Assembly: GCA_021814545.1 (NCBI GenBank)
Contig: JAKAID010000002.1
Location: 7,009-71,008 of the forward strand
Origin: a bacterium
Lineage (GTDB): Bacteria > Patescibacteriota > Minisyncoccia > UBA6257 > GWB1-50-10
DNA: 64,000 nt
Direction: 5' to 3'
The position numbers were made by a program, and so were the translations under genes. Shown piece after piece: positions 36,990 through 47,942 of this stretch. Below the pieces are notes generated by a model that was not told the origin of the DNA, did not search any database, and saw only the letters and a list, made by a program, of their open reading frames with translations. Each line of letters begins with the position of its first letter. Position 1 is the stretch's first letter.

Positions 36990-38708
36990 TCAGAATGTTG
37001 GCGGCGTAGGAAGAGGTGCAGCGGGCGCGAATCCTCCACCCGTACCCGGCATCGTGGCGCCTGGCGCGCCTCCGGGAACAGCCGGCGCAAATTGCTGCAT
37101 CATGCACTGCCGTACCCTGTCTTGAAAGTCCGCGGGGGGCGTCACTTCGCCGCTTTTCATCCTGTCGAAGAAATCCTCTCCATAGGCAGTTTTGAGGCAG
37201 CCCTCTGCCTGTGAGGGAAGCTGCGGCATTGGCGCAGCGCGCGGCATCATGGGGATTGCGGGCACCGGAATACCACCGGGGAGCCCGGGCGTTCCCGTTC
37301 CGGCGGTCGGCCCTCCTTGCGCCGCGCTCCCCGGAATGCGCGGTCCGAATTCTTGCGCACAACCCTGAATAACCTCCTGAAGGTTCGCGGGGGGCTCCTG
37401 CACACTCGAAAGGTCGCCAAGCTTTTCTTTGACGCATGCCTGCATCGCGCGCGGCATTTGCTGCATGCGCTCCTGCGTCACGCCCTGCACCCGCTCGCCC
37501 TCGCGCGCCATGCTCTCAAAACACGCGCGCAATGCGTCGCCTTTTTCTGGCGAGGGCGCGTCGCCTGCGCGTATCTTCTGAAGGTCTATCGTCCCCACAT
37601 TCTTTTCGATACAGTCCATGACCGCAGGCGGTGCCATCTTAAGCCCCTGTTCAAGCTTGTCCTTTACCTTTGCCATCTGGCTTTCAAAGCATGATTGTAC
37701 CGCCTCACCCACCCGTTCCGCGGGCGTAAGCGTTCCGCTTTGTATCTTTCCGATAATATCCTCACCCAAACTCGCGCGGAGGCACGCCTTCACCTCTTCC
37801 GGCGCCTGTGCAACACCCACGCGCAAACGGCCCATGCCGTCCTTAATTTCCTGCACCTTATCCTGCGAAAGAATGCCGTGTTCCTCTGCGAATGCTAAAC
37901 ACTCATCCGCATGTTCTGATGCATTGCAATATGCGTCACACGCTTCTTTTGATGAACATCCTCCCGGTCCCCTGCCTCCCGTCTTCTTCGCTATCGCAAG
38001 GTCCTCGGGCGAAATAAGCTTCGCCTTCTCGGCGAACGCGATACATTCATCGAAATGGTCGGGGCTCGCGCAATACGCCTCGCAAGAATCCTTTGAGGTG
38101 CATCTGCCGGGCGTCTCGCCGCTCTGCACGAACGCGGTCATCTGCCTTGCCCGTGCGAGCTCCTCGGGAGACAACGTCCCCGCGCGCTCCGCAAATGCCA
38201 AGCACTCATCCGCATGCCCTCCGCCGCTGCAGTATGCCTCGCACTGGTCTTTTGTCTTGCATCCGCCCGGCATCGTTGCGCCCGCCTTGAGCGCGGCGTT
38301 CACGCGGCGCATTTCCGAAAGGTCCGCGTCCGAAACAATGCCATGTGATTCCGCGAATGCGATGCACGCATCAAGGTGCGTCACATCCGCACAATACGCA
38401 CGGCAAGAAGCCTCATCCTTGCACCCGCCAGGACCCGCACCGCGGAGTACGTCCGCGAATTTCCTTGCACGAGTCGCCTCCTCTTTCGATATCAAATTAT
38501 GCGCCTCGCCGAAATCAGTACATGCCGCAATGTGCGCGCTATCCGCGCAGTATACCTTACAATCAGCTTGGTCCTTACAATTGCCAAGCTCAGGGATAGG
38601 GAACGTGAGTGGCGCCGTCTGTGCGTGCGCCGCGATGCCCGCACCAAATACGACACCAAGCGCAATAATAAAGAATGGAAGAGCGTTCTTGAATGAAAAA
38701 GTGTTCAT
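36990..38708 (-). CDS. Secreted protein with five Cys4-His repeats and a Pro-rich tail
   Basis: Signal peptide; repeats PGGCx5CxAYCx4Hx3CxxFA. Confidence 0.8.
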   Translation of the reverse strand: MNTFSFKNALPFFIIALGVVFGAGIAAHAQTAPLTFPIPELGNCKDQADCKVYCADSAHIAACTDFGEAHNLISKEEATRARKFADVLRGAGPGGCKDEASCRAYCADVTHLDACIAFAESHGIVSDADLSEMRRVNAALKAGATMPGGCKTKDQCEAYCSGGGHADECLAFAERAGTLSPEELARARQMTAFVQSGETPGRCTSKDSCEAYCASPDHFDECIAFAEKAKLISPEDLAIAKKTGGRGPGGCSSKEACDAYCNASEHADECLAFAEEHGILSQDKVQEIKDGMGRLRVGVAQAPEEVKACLRASLGEDIIGKIQSGTLTPAERVGEAVQSCFESQMAKVKDKLEQGLKMAPPAVMDCIEKNVGTIDLQKIRAGDAPSPEKGDALRACFESMAREGERVQGVTQERMQQMPRAMQACVKEKLGDLSSVQEPPANLQEVIQGCAQEFGPRIPGSAAQGGPTAGTGTPGLPGGIPVPAIPMMPRAAPMPQLPSQAEGCLKTAYGEDFFDRMKSGEVTPPADFQDRVRQCMMQQFAPAVPGGAPGATMPGTGGGFAPAAPLPTPPTF

Positions 38709-38715
38709 AAGAAAA

Positions 38716-38982
38716 TTACTGTCCAAAAGGATTTTGGTACGCGCCCTCGTAGGGGTTCGTGCCGGCCTTGAGCGGATTCGTGCTCGGAAGATTGCTCGCG
38801 GGGTTCGGCTGCGCCTGCTCGAATATTGTTCCGCCCAAGCCCGCATCGCTCGGCTGCTCTATTTTCTGTGGAACCGCGGAAGCCGCGGGGGCACCGGGTG
38901 CGAACGGCTGAGAAAGATACCACCACGCCCCCATCACGACCACTATGGCGGCGACGATCGCGTACAGTAACCACTTGCTCAT
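38716..38982 (-). CDS. Small membrane-anchored protein
   Basis: N-terminal TM; NP repeats; TATAAT 6 nt upstream of ATG. Confidence 0.7.
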   Translation of the reverse strand: MSKWLLYAIVAAIVVVMGAWWYLSQPFAPGAPAASAVPQKIEQPSDAGLGGTIFEQAQPNPASNLPSTNPLKAGTNPYEGAYQNPFGQ

Positions 38983-39063
38983 ACTTGCATTATAGCATCA
39001 GCAGTTTCTCACATTTGAAAGTCCGCGCACAGGGGTGCGGGTTACTGCGGGGGTGCATAGAAA

Positions 39064-39684
39064 CTACCGTACGGGAGACTCGCACACGGTAAGGAGCGAA
39101 GCGTTCTCAAATTTATAGTATGTCGTGCTCAATCCCCGCTTTTCCTCGGGGGTAAGACCGGAGGACATCTGCGCGGGTGGGTTTATTATCATAAGCGCAC
39201 TGTCCTTTTGAAAGCGCACTCCGTATATCGAGTTGACGTCGTAGACGATGATGCGCCCGGTTTTTGCATCGAGGATGACATCGCACTTCGCGCCACAGCC
39301 GTTCTCCACGACCGTGTAGCGCCCCGCAAAATTAGGTCCCGTTTTTGCGCCCTCTATGAGCGTTTGCCGATATTCTGCGGGCACATCGTAGGTCGAAAAA
39401 TCCACTGCGGCGGGGATACCGGTCCATGGGGCCTCCTGGAGCTTGAACTGCTCGAAGGTAATGCCCGAGCATTCGTTCGGTATCTGCTCAACAATGGCGA
39501 GACCCTTTCGTATCTCACAACGGCGCGGCGTAGTATTGAGCACCTTGTATCCCGCATTCACGCACTCCTGAAAGTTCGTGACGAGTGGCCGGTCCTTCGG
39601 GAAAAAGTACACAACGAACGCGATGCCAAGTATGGCAACGGTAAGCGTAGCGATCGCAACAAGAAAGCGCATGCGACGAGACAT
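39064..39684 (-). CDS. Membrane-anchored hypothetical protein
   Basis: TM; NFQECV.AGY...PRRC; GPNFAGRY...GCG..C. Confidence 0.7.
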   Translation of the reverse strand: MSRRMRFLVAIATLTVAILGIAFVVYFFPKDRPLVTNFQECVNAGYKVLNTTPRRCEIRKGLAIVEQIPNECSGITFEQFKLQEAPWTGIPAAVDFSTYDVPAEYRQTLIEGAKTGPNFAGRYTVVENGCGAKCDVILDAKTGRIIVYDVNSIYGVRFQKDSALMIINPPAQMSSGLTPEEKRGLSTTYYKFENASLLTVCESPVR

Positions 39685-39729
39685 GGCTCTATTATACCAC
39701 TACGCCGCGCAATGCGCGGCGTAGTTCAT

Positions 39730-41565
39730 TTACTTCGTTCCCTTTGCATCCCGCTCTGCCTTCTTGCGGTCGCTCTCCTTCAAGTATGTTTTCCTGATGC
39801 GGATATTTTTCGGCGTCACCTCCACAAGCTCATCGTCGCCGATATAATCAAGTGCGTCCTCGAGTCCCATCTCGCGGGGCACATCAAGCGTTTCCTGAAT
39901 ACCGAAGTTCTTCGTGCGGAAGTTCGTAAGCTCCTTCGTGCGGCAGATGTTCACGAGAATATCGTCAGCCTTCGCATTCTGCCCGATAACCATGCCCTCG
40001 TATACCTCAACCGCGGGACCGATGAACAGGGGGCCGCGGCCCTGTGCCGTAATAAGTCCGTAGCTGTTCGAAACACCCGACTCAGAACTAACAAGCGAAC
40101 CGTGGGGCTCCGCCGGCAAATCACCCTTGTACTGCTCATACCCAAGGAAAAGGCTGTTCATAATTCCCTTGCCCTTCGTGCTCGTAAGGAACGCATTGCG
40201 GATACCGATAAGACCGCGCGTGGGAACAGTAAAATCCATGTGCGTCGTACCGCGGTCCACCCGCATATCTTTCATGGCGCCGAGCCTGCGGCCCATCATC
40301 TCAATGATGGTTCCGCCAAACTCTTCGGGAACTTCGAACGAAACAAGTTCAATAGGTTCCGTTTTCTTGCCCTCGTGTTCGCGAAAAATAACCTGCGGTT
40401 TTGAAACTTCAAGTTCGTATCCCTCGCGACGCATCTTCTCAATAATAATGGAAAGGTGGAGCTCTCCGCGGCCCGCGACAGTCCATTTATCAGGAGAATC
40501 GGTAGGCGTAACCGAGAGCGCTACATCCGTTTCAAGCTCGTGCTGAAGCCGCTCACGCAAATTGCGTGAGGTCGAGTATTGGCCCTCTTTTCCGGTGAAA
40601 GGTGAGGTATTCACACCGAACACCATTTTGATGGTCGGCTCATCGATGGTGATGGGCGGCAACGGCATCGGATTCTCAATGTCGGTGATGGTCTCGCCGA
40701 TCGAAACATCATCGATACCCGCGATACCCACAATGTCTCCCGCGCCGACCGACTCCACGTCAACGCGCTTCATGCCCTCGAAACCGAGCACGGATGAAAT
40801 CTGCATCTTCTTCATCTCGCCCTTGCGGTTCACGTGCATCACCTGCGCGCCCTTTTTGAGCGTCCCCGCATAGAGTCGGCCGACAGCAATCTTTCCCTTA
40901 TAGTTATCGTAAAACAAGCTGACCGTGAGCATCTGAAGCGGATTCGTCTCGGAAATCTTGGGACCGGGAATATATTTCACGATTGCATCGAAAAGCGGCA
41001 CGACATCCGTCATCGTCGAAAGGTCCGCGGTAAGTCCCGCCTTGCCCTGTGCGCCCGCCGCGTAAATCACTGGGAAATTCGACTGCTCATCCGACGCGCC
41101 AAGCTCGATAAAAAGGTCGAACGTCTGGTCAAGCGCCCACATCGGACGCGCATCGGGCTTGTCGATTTTGTTCACCACCACAATAACCTTGTGGCCTGCC
41201 TGAATTGCCTTGCGCAATACGAACTTCGTCTGCGGCATCGGGCCTTCTTTTGCATCAACGAGGAGCAGCACGCCGTCCACCATGCGCATGATGCGCTCCA
41301 CCTCGCCGCCGAAATCGGCGTGCCCCGGGGTATCAACGATATTTATCTTCAATCCCTTGTAATGGATAGAGGCGTTCTTTGAAAAAATAGTAATGCCGCG
41401 CTCGCGCTCGAGCTCGTTCGAATCCATCATAAGGTCGCCCGTCTCATCTGCTTTAAGGCGGAAGTTCTCTGACTGCTTCAAAAGCGCATCAACGAGGGTC
41501 GTTTTCCCGTGGTCGACGTGCGCGATGATGGCGATATTTCTGATGTCGTCTCTCGTTTTTTCCAT
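39730..41565 (-). CDS. typA: Translational GTPase TypA/BipA
   Basis: [41 protein letters not shown]. Confidence 0.97.
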   Translation of the reverse strand: MEKTRDDIRNIAIIAHVDHGKTTLVDALLKQSENFRLKADETGDLMMDSNELERERGITIFSKNASIHYKGLKINIVDTPGHADFGGEVERIMRMVDGVLLLVDAKEGPMPQTKFVLRKAIQAGHKVIVVVNKIDKPDARPMWALDQTFDLFIELGASDEQSNFPVIYAAGAQGKAGLTADLSTMTDVVPLFDAIVKYIPGPKISETNPLQMLTVSLFYDNYKGKIAVGRLYAGTLKKGAQVMHVNRKGEMKKMQISSVLGFEGMKRVDVESVGAGDIVGIAGIDDVSIGETITDIENPMPLPPITIDEPTIKMVFGVNTSPFTGKEGQYSTSRNLRERLQHELETDVALSVTPTDSPDKWTVAGRGELHLSIIIEKMRREGYELEVSKPQVIFREHEGKKTEPIELVSFEVPEEFGGTIIEMMGRRLGAMKDMRVDRGTTHMDFTVPTRGLIGIRNAFLTSTKGKGIMNSLFLGYEQYKGDLPAEPHGSLVSSESGVSNSYGLITAQGRGPLFIGPAVEVYEGMVIGQNAKADDILVNICRTKELTNFRTKNFGIQETLDVPREMGLEDALDYIGDDELVEVTPKNIRIRKTYLKESDRKKAERDAKGTK

Positions 41566-41642
41566 TGTGGAGAAATAAATATGCCTCGCACGAGGCTACG
41601 TACGATATAGTACGCATATTTTGCGCTCCTGTCAAAGCGAAG

Positions 41643-42398
41643 TTACCCCTTCACCGCCTCCATATAAAAGAAGAGAGGTATCTCTTTGCGTATCTTGTTT
41701 TCCGCGACCGCGCGTGCGCCGGGCTCGCTCGTTTTATGTGAGAGCCACTCTTCCACGCTGCGGACGAGGAGACCGCTCTTCCGTAAAAATTTGAAATACA
41801 CCTGGAGCGGTCGGTGGAACGAGAGGGTGACCTCCTCTGGCCTATCCCCCGGGTGCATCTGAATTTTCACCGTACTCTCCGACATATACCCATCGATGCG
41901 GCGATACTGCGCTTTTTGTTCCTCATCCCAGCCCCAGCTCGAGCGCTTCGGAACGCGGAACGCCGGATGATTCATTACAATATGGAGCGAACCCTTCGGT
42001 TTCAGGGCACGCGCGCATTCAGCAAGCGCCTTCTGGGCATCCTCAATATTTTGAATAGCAAGCACGAGCACTATCTTATCGACACTCCCATCAGGGATGA
42101 AATCGAGCTTCGTCGCGGGTGCCACGTGATAGGTGATGTTGAGTGAGGGCTGTTTTTTCGCGAGCGCGATAAGGTCTTTCGCCACATCAACGGCAATGAC
42201 TTTCGCGCCCGCTTCCGCGAACACGCGCGAGAAAAATCCCGAGCCGCACGCGAGATCCAAAATAACGTCCCCCGCCTTGGGCGCTACCGCGCGCCGCAAA
42301 TTCGGGAGCACTACCTCCTTCTGATAACTCCCCTCTTTCTCTACGAGTTCGCCGTACCACTCGGCAACATTTCCCCATGAGGTCCGTTTTTGTGCCAT
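41643..42398 (-). CDS. Class I SAM-dependent methyltransferase
   Basis: ILDLACGSG motif I. Confidence 0.85.
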   Translation of the reverse strand: MAQKRTSWGNVAEWYGELVEKEGSYQKEVVLPNLRRAVAPKAGDVILDLACGSGFFSRVFAEAGAKVIAVDVAKDLIALAKKQPSLNITYHVAPATKLDFIPDGSVDKIVLVLAIQNIEDAQKALAECARALKPKGSLHIVMNHPAFRVPKRSSWGWDEEQKAQYRRIDGYMSESTVKIQMHPGDRPEEVTLSFHRPLQVYFKFLRKSGLLVRSVEEWLSHKTSEPGARAVAENKIRKEIPLFFYMEAVKG

Positions 42399-42493
42399 AT
42401 TGCTTGCCTCAACTATAGATTGGCGCAAGGCTTGCGTCAAAGCAAACAAGGGGATTAGTATGGGCAATAGCACCTGCAAAAAGGAGGCAGCAC

Positions 42494-42760
42494 ATGCTGG
42501 ACAACGACTTGGACCCGAAGGGCCGAATGGTGCGCCAGAACTTTCGCGCGCGCACGATGAAGCTGCGCGAGGACATCGAGAAGGTGCCTCTCTCCGCTTT
42601 CCACTTCGGCGACCTCGAGGCGCTCCTCACGCTCGCGGGTGCCTTCCCCGATCGCCAGCTTCGGGAGGTGCACCTCATGCAGCTCGAGACGCGCATCCGC
42701 GAATACCGCACGCGGGTAGATGAAGAGTTCCACGAGCGCATGCGGCGGGGACCGTTCTAA
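42494..42760 (+). CDS. Hypothetical protein (88 aa), stand-alone unit
   Basis: SD AAGGAGG; terminator ACCCCCGC...GCGGGGGTTTTT at 42773-42797. Confidence 0.65.
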   Translation: MLDNDLDPKGRMVRQNFRARTMKLREDIEKVPLSAFHFGDLEALLTLAGAFPDRQLREVHLMQLETRIREYRTRVDEEFHERMRRGPF

Positions 42761-42799
42761 CCCCCACCGCTCACCCCCGCACTACGCGGGGGTTTTTGT

Positions 42800-45700
42800 T
42801 TAGACCTTGCCCTGTATAAGGTCATCCTCGAACGTAAGAACCCCCTTATAAGTTCGCTCATAGTTTGTTATATCGGGAAAATCGAGCGAGATAATCCTGT
42901 GGTAGACCGCGTTCACAAGTTTGACGAGCCGTGCCTCGTCCTCCGCGGTCGGTACGTATTCCAGCAGAACCCGTTCACCCTCATCGGCAACTCCCTCAAC
43001 GAATTCAAGCGCAAGCGCGGCAACCGGCATCCGCTTCCGAGAGGAACGATCGAGCAGCAACTTATAAAAGACGAGCTGCTGCTTATAATTATGTAATTTG
43101 ATTTTGTCCGTATCCGAGGTCGCGTTCCACGACCGGCATACTTTCCCCGTCTTAAAATCAATCACGCGGAACGCACCGTCATCGACACGGAGAAGGTCCA
43201 GGCGGCCGCCAACGGGCGCATCACCGATTACAACCCCATCGTTCCCGAGGTCAACCTGTGCCTCGTCATCACTTCTAAATTCATCGCGCAGCGCATAATA
43301 GCGCGTGAGAACCTTCTCCCCTCGCTCGCGCTGGCGCCTCGCTTCAACGTCCGGCAACCGGCCTCGCGCAAGCTTCCGCTCGAACACGCCAAGCATATGG
43401 GATAACTCGCACGCGACCCCGTGATACTTCGGATAATTGATGAGCTCGGTTAAGGCCGCATCGATTGCAGAGCCAAACACGCCCGGTGCGCTCATCGGCT
43501 GCGGGAAACGCAACAAGTCCTGCTCAACGAAATACAGAGGCCCCCCTTTGGCCACATTCACAAAATTGTTGAGATGCGTCACTGAAAGTTTGTATCCCTC
43601 GGTCACCCGCGCAAGCACTGCGCGCTCATCCTCGCGGTAGGGTGGCGTTACCAGCGCGAGCGCATTCTCGTGCGCGCGCACCACGCCCTCGTCTACCTCA
43701 GCAGACTCGGAAGATTCTCTCTCCTCGTTCGCGCCGGGAAGATAGCGAAGCAGTGTATCGTGGCCGGAAATATGGAGGGTGTGTTTTGCACGCGTGACCG
43801 CCACGTACAAAAGACGGATAAAATCATCTTCTTCATCGCCCGCGGGCGAAATAACGGGCGCGATGGGTGCAGGCAGGGTCACCTTATTTTTCTTTCTGCT
43901 GCTCGTCCACACATCGTCGTGGGCGCCAATAATGAACACGGAACCGAATTCCAATCCCTTTGCTCCATGCGCGGTCATCAAAAGCACAGAACGCTCGGAC
44001 CGGATGACGGGCGACTCGCATACGAGCGACACCTGCGCTGCGCGATGCAACTCAACGAACACGCCGACATCGCGGACAAAAAGCGGTTTTCCTTCGTGCC
44101 ATTCACGAAGCGCGCCGATGAAGGTGCGGAGCGAAGCAAGAAAACTCACATACGACACGGGCCGCTCATGAATGGAAGCGCGGCTGAAATAATGGTCGCG
44201 AAAGCCGGAACGCTGCATGTATTCATCCAAAAGATGCTCGAGCGGCACCGAGTCCGCGCGCACGCCAAGGTCGCCTAAAAGGTCCATCGCCTTGGCGACG
44301 TTCGGGTCGCCGCAATCACGCGCGACACTCGGCCATGAACGGTGTGTGTCTTTTGCCTTAATCGCAATATCAAAAAGCACCGCGCGAGAAATATTAAAAT
44401 ACGGGAACGACAAGAGTGTCGGGAGAAGGTCGTCGCGGCGCCCCCCTTTTGCGTTCACGGACGCCACGAATTCGCACATAGTAACAAGTTCGCTAATGTG
44501 CGGCTCGTCGAACACGTTCGCTCTTCGCATATACTCGTACCGCACTCCCTCGTGATCAAGATACGGCAGTATCTGCTGTAATATTTTATGCTCGCGTGCG
44601 ATTATCGCTATCTCACGCGGGTCGCCTCCCGCGTCAATGAGCTGATGAATCTTCCGTGCAATGTTCGAATATTCTTCCGAATCGGAAGCGAATCGCGTTA
44701 CCTCCACATTCCCTGCGGACAACGACGTATTCCCCTGCGAAAGCACCTTAGGGAGCGCGGGCGAAGCGGAAGATTCAAGACGGTTCTTCCCTTGCAGCAC
44801 AATGCTGCGCGCATAATCCAAAATAGTCTGATGCGAGCGATAATTCACATCAAGCACGATCGTTCTCACGCCGCGGTACGTGCGTTCATGGAAATCAATG
44901 ATATTTGAAAGCTCTGCGCCCTGGAATTTATAAATTGCCTGGTCGTCGTCACCCACTACCATCACGTTCGGCCTCCCTTCATGCACCGGGTTTGAGGTAA
45001 TAGCACGCACCAGGTTCATCTGCGCCTCGTTGGTGTCCTGGAACTCGTCTATCAAGACGTGCTGATATTTTTCTTCAAGTTCATTGCGAATCGCGTGCGC
45101 GCGCTTCAGGGCGTGCACGACCTCAATAATCATGTCGTCGTAGTCGTACAACCCACGGGCGTGCAATGCATCTTCATACTCGCGATAGAACTCCGCGACC
45201 GCGCGCACCATCGCCACGCGCGCGGTGTCCTTCAATATGAACGCGTCGCCCTCTTTCTCAAAAAATTTCTTTTTCCACTCCCCGATTGCCTCGGTTTTCC
45301 CGTCGGATTCTGCGAACTTCACCGCATCGTTCAACGTTCGTGCAAGATACGCTCCGTAGGTGCTCCGCAGCCCCATAAGCGCATCATGGACTGTGTGGAC
45401 CACATCAAGCTTTTTAATCGAAAGGCGCGCGGGCCAATCGCTCATCGCCTTGTTCACCGCAGCATGCTCGCTGATGAGCCGTTCGACTAAATCCGCATAT
45501 TCTTCCGGCGTGTAACCGCCACCCTTAATATGCTTGATGCGCTCAACGATATCGCGGCGGTACGCGTACCCAAGCTCCGAATGGCGACTCGCAAGTGGAT
45601 GACCATGAGGAAGTTTCGCGAATAATTCATCGATGATCTCCGCACGCTCAAGGTCTCCCGCAAGTGAATAAGAAGCAGCGCTGTAGAAGCTTTCCGGATA

Positions 45701-46009
45701 GCGCGAGATGATAGAATTGCAGAACGCGTGGAACGTGTAGATACCCACGCGATACGCATCCTGCCCAATAAATGCGCGAAGACGCTCGCGCATAGCGAAG
45801 GCTCCCGCCTCGGTAAAGGTTAAACAAAGAATGTTGCCAGGCGCCGCGTCGGTCTTCCGAAGAATATTGACTACGCGCAATGCAAGCACCTGCGTTTTCC
45901 CCGTGCCGGGGCCAGCGACCACCATCACCGGGCCCTCAATAGCGTCAACCGCCTCGCGTTGGGCGGCGTTCAATTTTTTATAGCGTGCATCAAATGCGGC
46001 GGTATCCAT
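42800..46009 (-). CDS. UvrD/PcrA-like helicase fused to a C-terminal PD-(D/E)XK nuclease
   Basis: AGPGTGKT, DEFQDTN, VGDDDQAIY.FQGA, YVAVTRA; GRLD...IDFKTG...QL.FY. Confidence 0.92.
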   Translation of the reverse strand: MDTAAFDARYKKLNAAQREAVDAIEGPVMVVAGPGTGKTQVLALRVVNILRKTDAAPGNILCLTFTEAGAFAMRERLRAFIGQDAYRVGIYTFHAFCNSIISRYPESFYSAASYSLAGDLERAEIIDELFAKLPHGHPLASRHSELGYAYRRDIVERIKHIKGGGYTPEEYADLVERLISEHAAVNKAMSDWPARLSIKKLDVVHTVHDALMGLRSTYGAYLARTLNDAVKFAESDGKTEAIGEWKKKFFEKEGDAFILKDTARVAMVRAVAEFYREYEDALHARGLYDYDDMIIEVVHALKRAHAIRNELEEKYQHVLIDEFQDTNEAQMNLVRAITSNPVHEGRPNVMVVGDDDQAIYKFQGAELSNIIDFHERTYRGVRTIVLDVNYRSHQTILDYARSIVLQGKNRLESSASPALPKVLSQGNTSLSAGNVEVTRFASDSEEYSNIARKIHQLIDAGGDPREIAIIAREHKILQQILPYLDHEGVRYEYMRRANVFDEPHISELVTMCEFVASVNAKGGRRDDLLPTLLSFPYFNISRAVLFDIAIKAKDTHRSWPSVARDCGDPNVAKAMDLLGDLGVRADSVPLEHLLDEYMQRSGFRDHYFSRASIHERPVSYVSFLASLRTFIGALREWHEGKPLFVRDVGVFVELHRAAQVSLVCESPVIRSERSVLLMTAHGAKGLEFGSVFIIGAHDDVWTSSRKKNKVTLPAPIAPVISPAGDEEDDFIRLLYVAVTRAKHTLHISGHDTLLRYLPGANEERESSESAEVDEGVVRAHENALALVTPPYREDERAVLARVTEGYKLSVTHLNNFVNVAKGGPLYFVEQDLLRFPQPMSAPGVFGSAIDAALTELINYPKYHGVACELSHMLGVFERKLARGRLPDVEARRQRERGEKVLTRYYALRDEFRSDDEAQVDLGNDGVVIGDAPVGGRLDLLRVDDGAFRVIDFKTGKVCRSWNATSDTDKIKLHNYKQQLVFYKLLLDRSSRKRMPVAALALEFVEGVADEGERVLLEYVPTAEDEARLVKLVNAVYHRIISLDFPDITNYERTYKGVLTFEDDLIQGKV

Positions 46010-46037
46010 CCGCTCTATACTACCACCAGAGCGCGCT

Positions 46038-46346
46038 CTATCGGAAGAGAAGGAGGAGCGCCGCGCCGCCGAACATGACATGCGGCGGCGCTACTCTGCC
46101 CACCGGATGCATTTCGTGGTCAAAGACATGCCCGTCGGAATGCACCTCGCCCACCGGATGCATTTCGTGGTCAAAGACATGCCCGTCGTCCTTAACTTCC
46201 CCAAGGGGACGGTCATTCACATCGAACACGTGGCCGTCGTTCGTGATATGCCCGATAGGCCGGTCATCGATATTAAAAACATGCGCCTCGCTATTGACGC
46301 CTCCGACCGGATGGCCGTTCATCAACTCAATATTCATCTGGGACAT
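46038..46346 (-). CDS. Small beta-repeat (beta-flower-like) protein
   Basis: Four to five 17-aa repeats DGHVFDxxxxPxGxV; C-terminal GGAALLLL. Confidence 0.7.
   Translation of the reverse strand: MSQMNIELMNGHPVGGVNSEAHVFNIDDRPIGHITNDGHVFDVNDRPLGEVKDDGHVFDHEMHPVGEVHSDGHVFDHEMHPVGRVAPPHVMFGGAALLLLFR
46098..46188. repeat. Intragenic tandem repeat, 51-nt period, 40 nt identical
   Basis: gcccaccggatgcatttcgtggtcaaagacatgcccgtcg at 46098-46137 and 46149-46188. Confidence 0.9.
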
Positions 46347-46386
46347 ATGCCCATAGTATAGCGTCTCTGCCGAGCTGAGAACAATA

Positions 46387-47295
46387 TCAAGCAAAAGGCT
46401 CTCCCGTGAGCACGTCCGCAATGACACCGGCGACCGAAGCGACGATAACTTTTGCAGGTGCGCCGCGTGAGAACGGTATGGTGTCCGCAACGATAACCCG
46501 TTTTACTTCGCGCGCGCGGAGAAGCCTCTTGAAACCTTGGCCCGTCTGCACCGCGTGCGCGACTGCCACATACACATCCCTTGCCCCCTCTTTGCGGAGC
46601 GCTTTCATTGCCTTCATAAGCGTATCGCCCGATTGGACCATGTCGTCCACAAGCACCACGTTTTTCCCCCGCACCTCACCCGTGATGCGCGCCACGCGCA
46701 CCTCGCGCGGTGACTTCCTGATCTTCGCGACCGTAATAATATCCGGAGCGCCGATCGCCGCTGCGAATTCCTTGGCGCGATGAACGCCGCCCTCGTCAGG
46801 AGAAACGACCGCGCAATTCCGCACATGGAGCGCCTTGAACGCTTCTGCAAGTATGGGCATCGCCGAAACCTCAACGAGCGGAATGTGAAATACGTCCGCA
46901 TCGTAGGCGCTGTGGAGCCCCACCGCGACCACGCGCGAGGCGCCCGCAGCGGCAAGGAGGTCCGCCATTGCTCCGGCAGATACGGAACTCCCCGGCAAAT
47001 CGATACGGTCGGATTTCGCGTACGCAAAATAGGGAATGACAACGTTTATGGAACGCGCGCCGTGGAGCCGTGCGGTATCGATAAGAATGAAAAGCGCGAG
47101 CGCGTGTTCTGCGGGCGGGAACGTGGAGCCGACCACGAACACATCCTTGCCTTCGACCGGTTCACCAATGCGAACAGAAACCTCCTTGTCGGGATAGCTT
47201 CCCACGGCACAGGGAGCGAACCGAATACCCGTCTTCCGTGATATCGTCCGCGCGAGCGCCGCGTTCGTGTTGGTCGAAAGCAATATTTTCGTCAT
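46387..47295 (-). CDS. prs: Ribose-phosphate pyrophosphokinase
   Basis: PYFAYAKSDR, VSPDEGG..RA, VDDMVQSGDT. Confidence 0.88.
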   Translation of the reverse strand: MTKILLSTNTNAALARTISRKTGIRFAPCAVGSYPDKEVSVRIGEPVEGKDVFVVGSTFPPAEHALALFILIDTARLHGARSINVVIPYFAYAKSDRIDLPGSSVSAGAMADLLAAAGASRVVAVGLHSAYDADVFHIPLVEVSAMPILAEAFKALHVRNCAVVSPDEGGVHRAKEFAAAIGAPDIITVAKIRKSPREVRVARITGEVRGKNVVLVDDMVQSGDTLMKAMKALRKEGARDVYVAVAHAVQTGQGFKRLLRAREVKRVIVADTIPFSRGAPAKVIVASVAGVIADVLTGEPFA

Positions 47296-47942
47296 GTCCT
47301 TCCTGCGGCATCTTTGAGCATCACGAGCACTTCCTCGTCCTCAACCTGAGGGAACGCATCGTAGAATTGGCCAACTGCAGGGAAAAAGTCGACTGTGTTC
47401 GGACAGGCCGCCTCATCTGCCTCGCCGCGCACGGCGGCAAAACTATCACGCGGCGCAACCGGAACCGCGACTACTACCTTTGCCGCACCCCGCGTCCGCG
47501 CAGCGCGTATAGCGGCACGCATCGTAGACCCCGTAGCAATGCCGTCATCAACGACAATGGCAGCCTTGCCGCGAAGGTTGCGCAAGGGCAGGACCGCGCG
47601 ATACCGCGCCGCACGCGCACGCACTTCTTTTTGTTTTTCATCAATGCGCGCCTGAAATGTGTCCTTGGGTCCGCATGATTCCTCGTTCAGCGTCCAATCA
47701 TAAAACGAATCGCCGTCTTCGGTTACCGCACCGACTGCGAATTCATCATTATAGAGCGGAGTCACTTTTTTGACGACGATAACATCAAGCGGCAGGGAAA
47801 GTGCCTTCGCGACCGCGGACGCAACTACCACGCCCCCGCGGGGAAGTCCGAGCACCACCGCATTGCTGCGTTCATGCCGCTTGAGAAGCGGGGTGAGTGC
47901 TTGTGCGGCCTCGCTTCGGTCCGCGAACATTTTTTTCCCCAT
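47292..47942 (-). CDS. Phosphoribosyltransferase family protein
   Basis: GLPRGGV, VDDGIATGSTM, AVGQFY..F.QV.D.EV. Confidence 0.87.
   Translation of the reverse strand: MGKKMFADRSEAAQALTPLLKRHERSNAVVLGLPRGGVVVASAVAKALSLPLDVIVVKKVTPLYNDEFAVGAVTEDGDSFYDWTLNEESCGPKDTFQARIDEKQKEVRARAARYRAVLPLRNLRGKAAIVVDDGIATGSTMRAAIRAARTRGAAKVVVAVPVAPRDSFAAVRGEADEAACPNTVDFFPAVGQFYDAFPQVEDEEVLVMLKDAAGRT

Noticed and set aside
46098-46300. CRISPR-like array
   Set aside because: In-frame coding repeats with a 51-nt period, no unique spacers and no cas genes
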